The position numbers and the translations under genes are program-made. Under the pieces are notes generated by a model that saw nothing but the letters and a program-made list of their open reading frames with translations, had not been told where the DNA came from and ran no database searches. Below, one piece after another: positions 1-7,709 of a stretch of DNA of 27,572 bases. Position 1 is the stretch's first letter; every line of letters starts with the position of its first letter. The DNA comes from Candidatus Iainarchaeum sp. (lineage in GTDB: Archaea > Iainarchaeota > Iainarchaeia > Iainarchaeales > DTGL01). Location: positions 1 to 27,572 of the forward strand of contig JAWALG010000011.1 of NCBI GenBank assembly GCA_038886995.1, written 5' to 3'.

Positions 1-1
1 A

Positions 2-385
2 TCAGCAAGTGCTACGGCAAGCACCTACAACAGCACATACAGCACAAGTACCTATGCAAGCTATTCAAGTGCTTCAAGCACTTCTTACAGCACTTATAGC
101 ACATATCCACGAACATATTCTACCTACTCCACAGCTTCTACTACTTACACGCCAACATATTCAACTGCCGGCTACTCTTACTCTGCTTACTCTACATACA
201 CAAATTACTCTTACCCAAGCAGCTATTCTTACAATAGCTCTTACACTAACTATAAGCCAAGCTACACATACTCAAGTTACAGCAGCCACAGTTATCCAAC
301 TTACGCAGGCACATACTCAAACTACTCAGCACCTAGCTACTCAAATTACACCTACTCTTATTACAGGTACTCTTACAACAGCTAA
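2..385 (+). CDS. 3' end of a protein with a Ser/Thr/Tyr-rich low-complexity C-terminus (5' part outside window)
   Basis: Manual translation of frame +2 is open from base 2 to TAA at 383-385: SASATASTYNSTYSTSTYASYSSASSTSYSTYSTYPRTY...YSNYTYSYYRYSYNS*. Varied synonymous codons for S/T/Y fit a protein-level repeat. The listed 9..398 ORF is its shifted-frame shadow. Confidence 0.8.
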   Translation, partial: SASATASTYNSTYSTSTYASYSSASSTSYSTYSTYPRTYSTYSTASTTYTPTYSTAGYSYSAYSTYTNYSYPSSYSYNSSYTNYKPSYTYSSYSSHSYPTYAGTYSNYSAPSYSNYTYSYYRYSYNS

Positions 386-515
386 TATGTTTCTGTGAGC
401 AGCGCCCCGAGTGCTTTCAGTGCAAACATCATACTGTTGAGTATCTATAAGCAACTTTTAGCGTCTCAGTTGGCTAATGCTTAATTTAAAATTCTTTCTT
501 TTGGTTAGTAACTTA

Positions 516-521
516 GTGGTG
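516..521 (+). promoter_or_regulatory. Shine-Dalgarno-like site for glnA (with AT-rich TATA candidate TTTAAAA near 485-491)
   Basis: GTGGTG ends 4 nt before ATG 526. The same GGTG motif precedes adk, 7168, nfo, 17063, rpo12, rrp41, rrp42 and psmA. Confidence 0.5.
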
Positions 522-525
522 TTTT

Positions 526-2046
526 ATGCCAAAAAGCAAGAAGTTTAATTACTCAGCCAACTCGACAAAGGGTGAAATTGCAAATTTCCTTAAGAAAAGC
601 CCACACGCTTTTGATTCTGATGACCTTTGGTGTTTCGTGACAAAAAAAGGAATAAAGATGCTTAACCTCAATCATATACCTGCTGATGGGCGCCTTAAGA
701 CACTAAGCTTTTCAATAAAAAGCAGAGAACACTTTGAAAGAATTTTGGCTTTCGGAGAACGCGTTGATGGCTCAAGCCTTTTTCCCTACATTGATACTGA
801 AAACAGCGACCTTTATATTGTTCCAAAGATAAGCTCAGCTTTTGTGAATCCTTTTTCCACACTTCCAACACTGAATTTCATTTGCTCTTACTTTGATGGC
901 TCAGGCAAAGAGCCAGAGATTTCTCCTTCTTATGTGCTTAAAAATTCCATAACTTCTTTGAAGAAAAAAACAGGTTTGGAGCTCTTAGCAGCAGGCGAGA
1001 TTGAGTACTATTCCATAGTAAAAAAAGATCCTTATTTAATGTATCCATGCGCGCAACAAAAAGGGTACCATGAGAGCAGGCCTTTTGTTAAATCCCAAGA
1101 TATGAATGAAGAAATACTTTATGTTCTCCATAATATCGGCATAAACGCAAAATATGGGCATTCTGAGGTTGGCTTCATAGACACCGAAGAATCCACCTTA
1201 GAACAATTTGAGATAGAACTTGACTTAGAGCCATTAGAGGAAATGGCCGATCACATTGTTTTAACAAAATGGGTTATAAGAAATGTTGCCGCAAAATACA
1301 GCAGAGAAGTAACCTTTGCGCCAAAGCTTGCATTTGGAAATGCTGGAAGCGGCATGCACATTCATATAGCTGCCTTTAAAAATAGTGAAAATGTGCTAAT
1401 CGACAAAAATGAGGAGTTGAGCGATACAGCAAAGAGCATTATTGGCGGCCTTTTGAAGTTGGCACCGAGTATAACCGCTTTTGGAAACACTGTGCCTATA
1501 TCATACATGCGCCTTGTGCCTTACCACGAAGCACCAACTAACATTTGCTGGGGTGATAGGAATAGGACTGCACTTATAAGAGTGCCTCTCGGATGGCGCA
1601 AAATAAGATGTTTCAATGACGAAAAACGAAAATATAAGAAAAAACTAGTTGGGCATGCAACACAAACAATTGAATTAAGGAGCCCAGACTGCTCAGCGCA
1701 TCCGCACTTTCTGCTCGCGGCAATAGCGGTTGCCGCAAGGCATGGTTTGCTTGATAAGAATTGCATTAAGATTGCAAAGGAGGGCTATGTAAGCACGAAT
1801 GTTTTTAGGGGTGATAAGGAATTACGCGCAAAACTTTTGCAGTTGCCTTCCTCCTGCGCTGAATCAGCTTCTATGCTGAGGGCACATGCTTCTTTTTATC
1901 TCGAAGATAATGTTTTCAGTAAACGCCTTATCGAAGGTGTTGCCAAACAGCTCGAATCTTTTAAAGACACAAATTTCGTGGCTGAGATTCGAGGAGATGC
2001 CAAGAAAGCAAGGGATTTTGTATTGCAGTTCATGCATTGCGGCTGA
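526..2046 (+). CDS. glnA: Glutamine synthetase type I family protein
   Basis: DGSS motif, GEIEYY, HSEVG..EQFEIE, TFAPK..GNAGSGMHIH, SYMRLVP..EAP, WGDRNRTALIRVP, IELRSPD. Confidence 0.92.
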   Translation: MPKSKKFNYSANSTKGEIANFLKKSPHAFDSDDLWCFVTKKGIKMLNLNHIPADGRLKTLSFSIKSREHFERILAFGERVDGSSLFPYIDTENSDLYIVPKISSAFVNPFSTLPTLNFICSYFDGSGKEPEISPSYVLKNSITSLKKKTGLELLAAGEIEYYSIVKKDPYLMYPCAQQKGYHESRPFVKSQDMNEEILYVLHNIGINAKYGHSEVGFIDTEESTLEQFEIELDLEPLEEMADHIVLTKWVIRNVAAKYSREVTFAPKLAFGNAGSGMHIHIAAFKNSENVLIDKNEELSDTAKSIIGGLLKLAPSITAFGNTVPISYMRLVPYHEAPTNICWGDRNRTALIRVPLGWRKIRCFNDEKRKYKKKLVGHATQTIELRSPDCSAHPHFLLAAIAVAARHGLLDKNCIKIAKEGYVSTNVFRGDKELRAKLLQLPSSCAESASMLRAHASFYLEDNVFSKRLIEGVAKQLESFKDTNFVAEIRGDAKKARDFVLQFMHCG

Positions 2047-2052
2047 TTTTAA

Positions 2053-3069
2053 TCAGCTTATTGGCAGGTAAGTTAGCAAGGTAGAAGCTATTGCAAAATA
2101 AATAGCCAATGTTAAGACATCCTGCACAATTGTTGCAAAAGGCCCTGAGCCAATTGCTGGGTCTAGCCCAAGCCTGGTAAGGATTAGAATGATTGCAATT
2201 GGAACAAAAACTGCAACAAAACCGGTTAAGAACATTGAGAGCCCTAAAATAAGCGCTATAAAATAATTTTTTGACCATAAGATTGCAATTATGTAGAGCA
2301 ATAGCCCTAATATTGCTGAGATGCCAAAACCAACCTTTACCTCGCGTATAAGATATTTCTTGAGCACAAGCCCTCTCATTAATAAATCCCTTACAAAAAG
2401 TGTTTGTGTTTGTGTGCCAATGGCATCAGCCATGTAAACCATAAGTGGAACGAAAGCAGCAAGTATGAAATACTGTTTAAGCGGTTCCTCAAAAAGGCCT
2501 GTTATATTTGCAGCCAAAACGCCTCCTAATAATCCTATAATAAGCCAGGCGATCCTGGCATTTATCATTTTGCCCGCTGGTGCATTGAGGTTTTTTGCTG
2601 CAGAGCCATGGATTCCAGCCGACTTAATAAAGTCCTCTACATGCTCACTGTGTAGTATATTTAGTATTTCGCGTGATCTTACAACCCCTAAAAACTTGTT
2701 GTTTTTATCAACTATTGGTATCGATTTTAGATTGTTTTTAAGTGCGATGAGAGCTACTTCCTCTTGGTCGGTATATGGCCTTGCCTTTATTACATTTGGG
2801 TTCATTATTTCCTTAGCTTTCACCGTGTTGCCGCTTTTGAATATCTCCCTTGTTGAAAAAAGCCCAAGAAGGCAACCTTCTGCATCGACCACATAAATGT
2901 AGCTTATTGTGTCAAAAGTATTTGCTTTCTCATATAACTTTTCCTTTATCTCTGCAATTGTTTCTTCTGGCCCGACTGTGGGCACCCTCTCAGTCATTCG
3001 ATTTGCTGCTGCTCTTGGCGGATATTTTTTTACGGCTTGCGTTTGGTTGTTTTTCTGTGGTTCATCCAT
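2053..3069 (-). CDS. mgtE: MgtE-family magnesium transporter (CBS pair + MgtE membrane domain, no N-domain)
   Basis: CBS pair (YIYVVD..GCLLG; IPIVD..FLGVV), ARIAWL, GTQTQTLFVR, DPAIGSGPFATIVQD with the conserved Mg-binding Asp. Start placed at ATG 3069 rather than TTG 3150. Confidence 0.9.
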   Translation of the reverse strand: MDEPQKNNQTQAVKKYPPRAAANRMTERVPTVGPEETIAEIKEKLYEKANTFDTISYIYVVDAEGCLLGLFSTREIFKSGNTVKAKEIMNPNVIKARPYTDQEEVALIALKNNLKSIPIVDKNNKFLGVVRSREILNILHSEHVEDFIKSAGIHGSAAKNLNAPAGKMINARIAWLIIGLLGGVLAANITGLFEEPLKQYFILAAFVPLMVYMADAIGTQTQTLFVRDLLMRGLVLKKYLIREVKVGFGISAILGLLLYIIAILWSKNYFIALILGLSMFLTGFVAVFVPIAIILILTRLGLDPAIGSGPFATIVQDVLTLAIYFAIASTLLTYLPIS

Positions 3070-3191
3070 ATATGGAATAATATTGCCACCATTATTTTTA
3101 ATGGTTTCATTGAAGAACAAACAGAATGCAACAGGCAGTTCTAACAACAATTAAAAACATATTGTAGTTAGTTAAGTTCAAAGGTGTTTAT

Positions 3192-3866
3192 ATGGCAATG
3201 TATTTTGTTTTTATGGGGCCGCCGGGCTCAGGCAAAAGCACAATGGCTAAAAAGCTTGTAGAGGAGTATGGTCTGGCTCACTTTTCAACAGGCGATATAA
3301 TAAGGGAAAAAATAGCTAAGGACAAGAAGTTCAAAGAAATGTTTGAAGGTCTTATAAAAGAAGGAAAGCTTCTTGATGATGAAAACACCAAGAAACTTCT
3401 TCTCGAAAAGCTTAAACAGAGCAAAATAGAAAATGGCTTCATACTAGATGGCTACCCCAGGACGGTTAAGCAAGCAGAGGACCTGGGAAGCATACTAGCC
3501 GAGCTAAATGCAAAGCTCGATTTAGTAGTTTATTTTAGGTTATCTGAAAGTGCAGCCGTGGAGCGTCTTTCCAACAGGCTTTATTGCCCAAAATGTTCAA
3601 AGGTTTATAACCTTGCAAGCGTTAAACCAAAAAAAGAAGGCATTTGCGATGACTGTGGCTCTGAGCTTAAAGTCAGAGCAGATGATATGCCAGAAGCAAT
3701 TATAAAGCGCTTTCGCGAGTATGAGGATAAAACAAAGCCGCTTCTGCAGCACTACAAGAAAAAAGGCCTCTTAAAAGAAATAGATGTTGACGACGAAGTA
3801 GATGCAAATTATAAAAAAATAAAGTCAGTGGTGGAGCAGGTAAAGAAAAAGAAAAGGAAAAAGTAA
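3192..3866 (+). CDS. adk: Adenylate kinase (long Zn-LID type)
   Basis: GPPGSGKST P-loop, HFSTGDIIR, GFILDGYPRTVKQA, LID CPKC...CDDC, RADD. SD AGGTG upstream. Confidence 0.95.
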   Translation: MAMYFVFMGPPGSGKSTMAKKLVEEYGLAHFSTGDIIREKIAKDKKFKEMFEGLIKEGKLLDDENTKKLLLEKLKQSKIENGFILDGYPRTVKQAEDLGSILAELNAKLDLVVYFRLSESAAVERLSNRLYCPKCSKVYNLASVKPKKEGICDDCGSELKVRADDMPEAIIKRFREYEDKTKPLLQHYKKKGLLKEIDVDDEVDANYKKIKSVVEQVKKKKRKK

Positions 3867-3877
3867 ATAAGCCGGTT

Positions 3878-5578
3878 TCACTCACTCTGCTCCGGCTTCC
3901 CCCTTTTAGGATATTTTCTGTGTAGCAATGACTTTGCTTTCTTCGATCCCGGGCTTTGGAGAAATGTTTCATAAACCTTTTTTAATTCTGGGTTTTGGTG
4001 GCACAGCCTTATCTTTTTGCTTTCATCTATTGAATATACTGCCTTTGCCCTTTTCTCAATTGTTTCCCAGTCAACTGGTTTTGGCTGGCCACCGCCGCCA
4101 ATGCAGCCGCCAGGGCAGGCCATAACCTCCACAAAATCAAATCTTTCACCATTTTTTATCCTTTCAATTATCTCTCGTGCTTTTCCCAATGTGTGCACAA
4201 CCGCACCCCTGATCTTTTTTTCACCTATGTTTACCTCAAATTCTCTCAAGCTTTGTGTTCCACGGACTGGTTTTATTACTGGATCCGACATTTCTTTGTC
4301 TTCCATATAAAAGTGTGCAGTTCTTAGCGCGGCCTCCATAACACCGCCAGTAACTCCGAAAAGTGCGCCACCACCTGTGCTTTCGCCTAGAGGGCAATCA
4401 AAGTCAGCTGCCTTTAACTTTGCTGGATTTATTTTCCTTCTTTTTAGCAGTAACCCAAGCTCCCTCGTGGTTAGAACATAGTCAATGTCCTTATTTTGGG
4501 ATGCATTTATGCCAATGAGTTTGGCTTCCCTTTTCTTTGCAGTGCATGGCATTATAGAAACACTTATTATGTCATTGGGCTTCAAACCTATTTTCTCTGA
4601 ATAGTATGTCTTTATAAGTGCACCAAGCATCATCTGTGGGCTTTTAGTTTCCGAAAGCTTGCTTATAAGTTCGGGATAAAACTCACAGCAGAAATCAATC
4701 CAGGCAGGGCAGCAGCTAGTAAACATTGGCAAGTTGCCTTTTTTGAACCTCTCAACAAACTCCGTTGCTTCTTCTACGATGGTTAAGTCAGCAGAGAGGT
4801 TTGTATCAAAAACTGCATCAAAGCCAAGCTTTTTCAGTGCGGCAACAACTTGTCCAGTTATTATTGTTCCCGGTTCAAGGCCAAAGCATTCGCCCAAGGA
4901 GACCCTTACTGAGGGTGCTAATTGCACAACTTTAACCTTTCCCTTTGTTTTTAACGCATGCTCTACTTTGCTTACGTTTGATGCTTCTGTAATTGCATCC
5001 GTGGGGCAAAATAATGAGCATTGGCCGCAAGAAACACAGTTCGTGTATTTTAGCGGCTGGTTCTCACTGCCAACAACTATTGTTGAATATCCTCGCCCCA
5101 TATAAGATAGTGCATTTACTGTTTGCATTTTTGAGCATGCTTGCACGCATCTGCCGCAGACAATGCATTCATCCATGCTTTTCCAAACTGCTGTGCTTGA
5201 CCTATCTTTGTCCTTTACAACCTCGTGTTTATATGTTGGCTTTTTTAGTCCAACAATTCGCATCACCCTTGTAAGCTCATTGTCCTTTCTCAGAGTTTCC
5301 TTTGGCACAGTTGATGCAATAAGGTTTAATGCTTCTATCCTAAATTTTCTTATTATTTCAGAATTCGTAACTACTTGCATTTTATCTTCTGCAAGAGTGT
5401 CGCAGGCAGTTACTATTTTTCCATTGGCTTCTACTAAACAAACCCTACACCTGCCCTCAGGCCTTAGCATGCTGTGGTAGCACAGCGTAGGTATGTCTAT
5501 TTTGTTTGCCTTCGCTACTTGAAGTATTGTTTGGCCTTTTTCAAACTCCAATATTTTACCATCAATTGTCAGCGGCAT
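3878..5578 (-). CDS. hydA: [FeFe]-hydrogenase catalytic subunit (group A; N-terminal [2Fe-2S], 2x[4Fe-4S], H-domain, fused small subunit)
   Basis: PTLC..CRVC..TAC [2Fe-2S]; CIVCGRCVQAC and CVSCGQCSLFCP; H-cluster motifs L1 FTSCCPAW, L2 MPCTAKKRE, L3 EVMACPGGCIGGGGQP; APSVR; FGVTGGVMEAALRTA; C-terminal HQNP..Y..L..P..LLH. Confidence 0.96.
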   Translation of the reverse strand: MPLTIDGKILEFEKGQTILQVAKANKIDIPTLCYHSMLRPEGRCRVCLVEANGKIVTACDTLAEDKMQVVTNSEIIRKFRIEALNLIASTVPKETLRKDNELTRVMRIVGLKKPTYKHEVVKDKDRSSTAVWKSMDECIVCGRCVQACSKMQTVNALSYMGRGYSTIVVGSENQPLKYTNCVSCGQCSLFCPTDAITEASNVSKVEHALKTKGKVKVVQLAPSVRVSLGECFGLEPGTIITGQVVAALKKLGFDAVFDTNLSADLTIVEEATEFVERFKKGNLPMFTSCCPAWIDFCCEFYPELISKLSETKSPQMMLGALIKTYYSEKIGLKPNDIISVSIMPCTAKKREAKLIGINASQNKDIDYVLTTRELGLLLKRRKINPAKLKAADFDCPLGESTGGGALFGVTGGVMEAALRTAHFYMEDKEMSDPVIKPVRGTQSLREFEVNIGEKKIRGAVVHTLGKAREIIERIKNGERFDFVEVMACPGGCIGGGGQPKPVDWETIEKRAKAVYSIDESKKIRLCHQNPELKKVYETFLQSPGSKKAKSLLHRKYPKRGKPEQSE

Positions 5579-6690
5579 TTTCTCACAAACTCCTCTCTGA
5601 AGTGTCTAAGTGATGTCATTATGTGCAATGGCATTGATCTGCCCAAGGCACAAAATGATGCAGCAGATACAAAACTGCAAAGTTCCTCTAACTCCTTGAG
5701 GTCTTTCATTGTTGCCTTCCCAGAAGAAATTCTTTTAATATACTCTAAAATCCTCTTTGAGCCCTCGCGGCATACCATGCAATAACCGCAGGACTCATGT
5801 ACAAAGAATCTCTGTATGCTTTCACAAAGCTCTACAATTGAGTGCGTGTGGTTTACTACAATTATTGTCCCTGAGCCAAAGAAGCAGCCTCTTTCTCTAA
5901 CATTTTCTTCGGTTAACTCCATACACGGATCATATGGCATTATTCCTCCAGAAGCGCCAAAGCAAAGCGCTTTTGGTATGCCTATTGGCTTTGCTTCATC
6001 AACAATTTTCCCTAGCTGCTTGCCTTCATATATCTCAAAAACCCCTGGTTTTCCCAGGTCTCCTGAGAGAGAGCACAGACGCTTTTTCGGATCAAATCTC
6101 CCAAGAAATATAAGAGGCACCACAGCAAGGGTTTCAACATTATTAACAACAGTTGGCGAACCGAAAAGGCCTTTTTCAGCAGGATAAGGAGGTCTTTTTC
6201 TTGGCTCAGGCCTATGCCCTTCAATTGAGTTCAGTATTGATGTTTCTTCGCCACAGATGTATGCACCTTGCCCAATCACAGTTTTTATCTGAAGGCCTAT
6301 TTTCTCCATCATTGGCTTAGCTTCTCTTATTGCCCTCTTTATCTTGGGCAAAAAATGTTCGTATTCGCCACGGAGATATATGTATGCTTGCTTTGCGCCG
6401 ACAGCATAGCTCGCAATAATTATGCCCTCAACCACATTCAATGGCACGGTTGTCAATATAAGGCGGTCTTTAAATGTGCCAGGTTCACCTTCATCCGCGT
6501 TGCATATCACATAGTGTTCCCCTTGTGTCTTAGCACATATCTCCCACTTAAGGCCTGTTGGGAATCCTGCGCCGCCACGGCCTTTAAGCCCAGAGCTTTT
6601 CACTGTCTCAATAACTTCTGATGGGGTTTTGCTAAGTGCGATCTCAACGCCTTTGAGGTTTGACTCCGAGATTAGTTTTTTTTCTGTCAT
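5569..6690 (-). CDS. hydB: NuoF-like NADH/FMN-binding hydrogenase beta subunit, short form (373 aa)
   Basis: GLKGRGGAGFPTGLKW, NADEGEPGTFKDR, GAYICGEETS, NNVETLA, ESCGYCMVCREG..SFCALG [4Fe-4S]. Overlaps hydA by 10 nt. Confidence 0.93.
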   Translation of the reverse strand: MTEKKLISESNLKGVEIALSKTPSEVIETVKSSGLKGRGGAGFPTGLKWEICAKTQGEHYVICNADEGEPGTFKDRLILTTVPLNVVEGIIIASYAVGAKQAYIYLRGEYEHFLPKIKRAIREAKPMMEKIGLQIKTVIGQGAYICGEETSILNSIEGHRPEPRKRPPYPAEKGLFGSPTVVNNVETLAVVPLIFLGRFDPKKRLCSLSGDLGKPGVFEIYEGKQLGKIVDEAKPIGIPKALCFGASGGIMPYDPCMELTEENVRERGCFFGSGTIIVVNHTHSIVELCESIQRFFVHESCGYCMVCREGSKRILEYIKRISSGKATMKDLKELEELCSFVSAASFCALGRSMPLHIMTSLRHFREEFVRKCR

Positions 6691-7106
6691 TTGAGAGACC
6701 TCAAAAGCTCATCTATTTTTTTTGTAGTTACATTTGCGACTGGCTTTCCATCAACAAGCATGGCTGGTGCTTTGTCACAAAGCCCAATGCAAGAGGTTTT
6801 TCCTAGGTAGAACCTCTTGTCCTTCGTGGCTTGCCCAAGCTTTACTTTGAGTTTCTTTTCCAAGTATCTCACAATCTTTTCTGAGCCCTTCAGGTGGCTT
6901 GTGGGGCAGTCGCAGACAAGTATGCTGTGCTTTGCCCTTTTTTCAAGGGTTAGGAAAGAGTAAAAAGTAGCCGTACTGAAAACCTCACTCTCAGGCATGC
7001 AAACTTTTTTTGCAATTTTTTCAAGCTCTTTTTTTGAAAGCCGACCTTCTTTTTTTTGTGCTTTGCCAAGTTCGTTCAAAAGAAGTTCCTTATTCTTGCT
7101 TTTCAT
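6687..7106 (-). CDS. hydC: NuoE-like thioredoxin-fold [2Fe-2S] hydrogenase gamma subunit
   Basis: EVFSTATFYSF, VCDCPTSHLKGSEKI, TSCIGLCDKAPAMLVDG. ATGA overlap with hydB. Confidence 0.9.
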   Translation of the reverse strand: MKSKNKELLLNELGKAQKKEGRLSKKELEKIAKKVCMPESEVFSTATFYSFLTLEKRAKHSILVCDCPTSHLKGSEKIVRYLEKKLKVKLGQATKDKRFYLGKTSCIGLCDKAPAMLVDGKPVANVTTKKIDELLRSLK

Positions 7107-7167
7107 AAAGAAAAGAAAAACAGCAAAATATTTAAAGCAGAACTGTATTTATTTATGGGTGAGTAGG
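7107..7167. promoter_or_regulatory. Divergent promoter region shared by hydCBA and the membrane-protein gene
   Basis: TATTTAAA at 7129-7136 reads as a TATA box on both strands. It lies about 23 nt from the hydC ATG (leaderless spacing). GGTGA SD at 7158-7162 precedes ATG 7168. Confidence 0.55.
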
Positions 7168-7698
7168 ATGCAGTCCTTTTCCTATTCAAATTCAACTAAA
7201 TACGCTGAATTTTATAAGATGTTAGAAGGCCTTGGCTATGGGCTGTTTTGTTTCTTTTTGCCTTTCTTGCTAAGCCATTCGCAGCAGCAGCTTATTGTCG
7301 GCACTCTTGTAAATGCAATGCTTGTTTTATCTGCAATACGCCTAAGGATGCGCTACTCAATGCCCGCAATTTTTCTTCCTTCGTTAGGTGTTGTAAGTGC
7401 AGGCATGCTTTTCGGAAACCTCACTCAGTATCTTATCTTGCTTGTGCCTTTTATCTGGATAGGCAACTTTGCATTAGTTTCTGTCTTTAAGAAGATGAGC
7501 CGTAGGCCTTTTCACATAAGGGCTCTTTCAGCGGCTGCTTTGAAGGCCTCGCTTCTTAGCATCGCGACCTTTGCCCTTGTTCTTTTTTCATTAGTTCCTA
7601 GCGCGCTTCTGGTTCCAATGTCCTTGGTGCAGTTTGTGACTGCTTTGTCTGGCTCTGCTTTGGCATTTGCAATGCTTAAAGGCCTTAAATTAGCTTAA
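7168..7698 (+). CDS. Integral membrane protein (176 aa, ~6 TM), ECF transporter S-component-like
   Basis: Hydrophobic throughout. QQLIVGTLVNAMLV, LPSL, VPFIWIGNFALV and QFVTALSG resemble a recognisable S-component-like family. Start at SD-supported ATG 7168; the ORF track's 6997 start overlaps hydC. Confidence 0.65.
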   Translation: MQSFSYSNSTKYAEFYKMLEGLGYGLFCFFLPFLLSHSQQQLIVGTLVNAMLVLSAIRLRMRYSMPAIFLPSLGVVSAGMLFGNLTQYLILLVPFIWIGNFALVSVFKKMSRRPFHIRALSAAALKASLLSIATFALVLFSLVPSALLVPMSLVQFVTALSGSALAFAMLKGLKLA

Positions 7699-7709
7699 TT
7701 TGCAGTTAG

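Noticed and set aside
1-385. Possible CRISPR array or tandem DNA repeat (recurring TACTCTTA)
   Set aside because: No constant-length repeat-spacer structure. The recurrences are Tyr-Ser-Tyr codons.
9-398. 129-aa Leu/Thr/Gln-rich ORF in the track
   Set aside because: It is the shifted-frame shadow of the S/T/Y-rich frame +2 ORF. TAC/TAT/TCx/ACx codon periodicity explains its composition.
402-416. Small hairpin (AGCGC-CCCGA-GTGCT) upstream of glnA as a riboswitch or ncRNA
   Set aside because: Only a 5-bp stem with a G-U pair and no recognisable RNA family features.
3192-3866. Bacterial-type adenylate kinase as a novelty
   Set aside because: This Adk type is already known in several archaeal lineages.
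5569-7106. Annotation as respiratory complex I nuoE/nuoF
   Set aside because: Both genes are translationally coupled to an H-cluster protein, and no other nuo genes are present.
6997-7167. N-terminal 57 codons of the 233-aa ORF
   Set aside because: They overlap hydC on the opposite strand and the promoter region. The SD supports ATG 7168.
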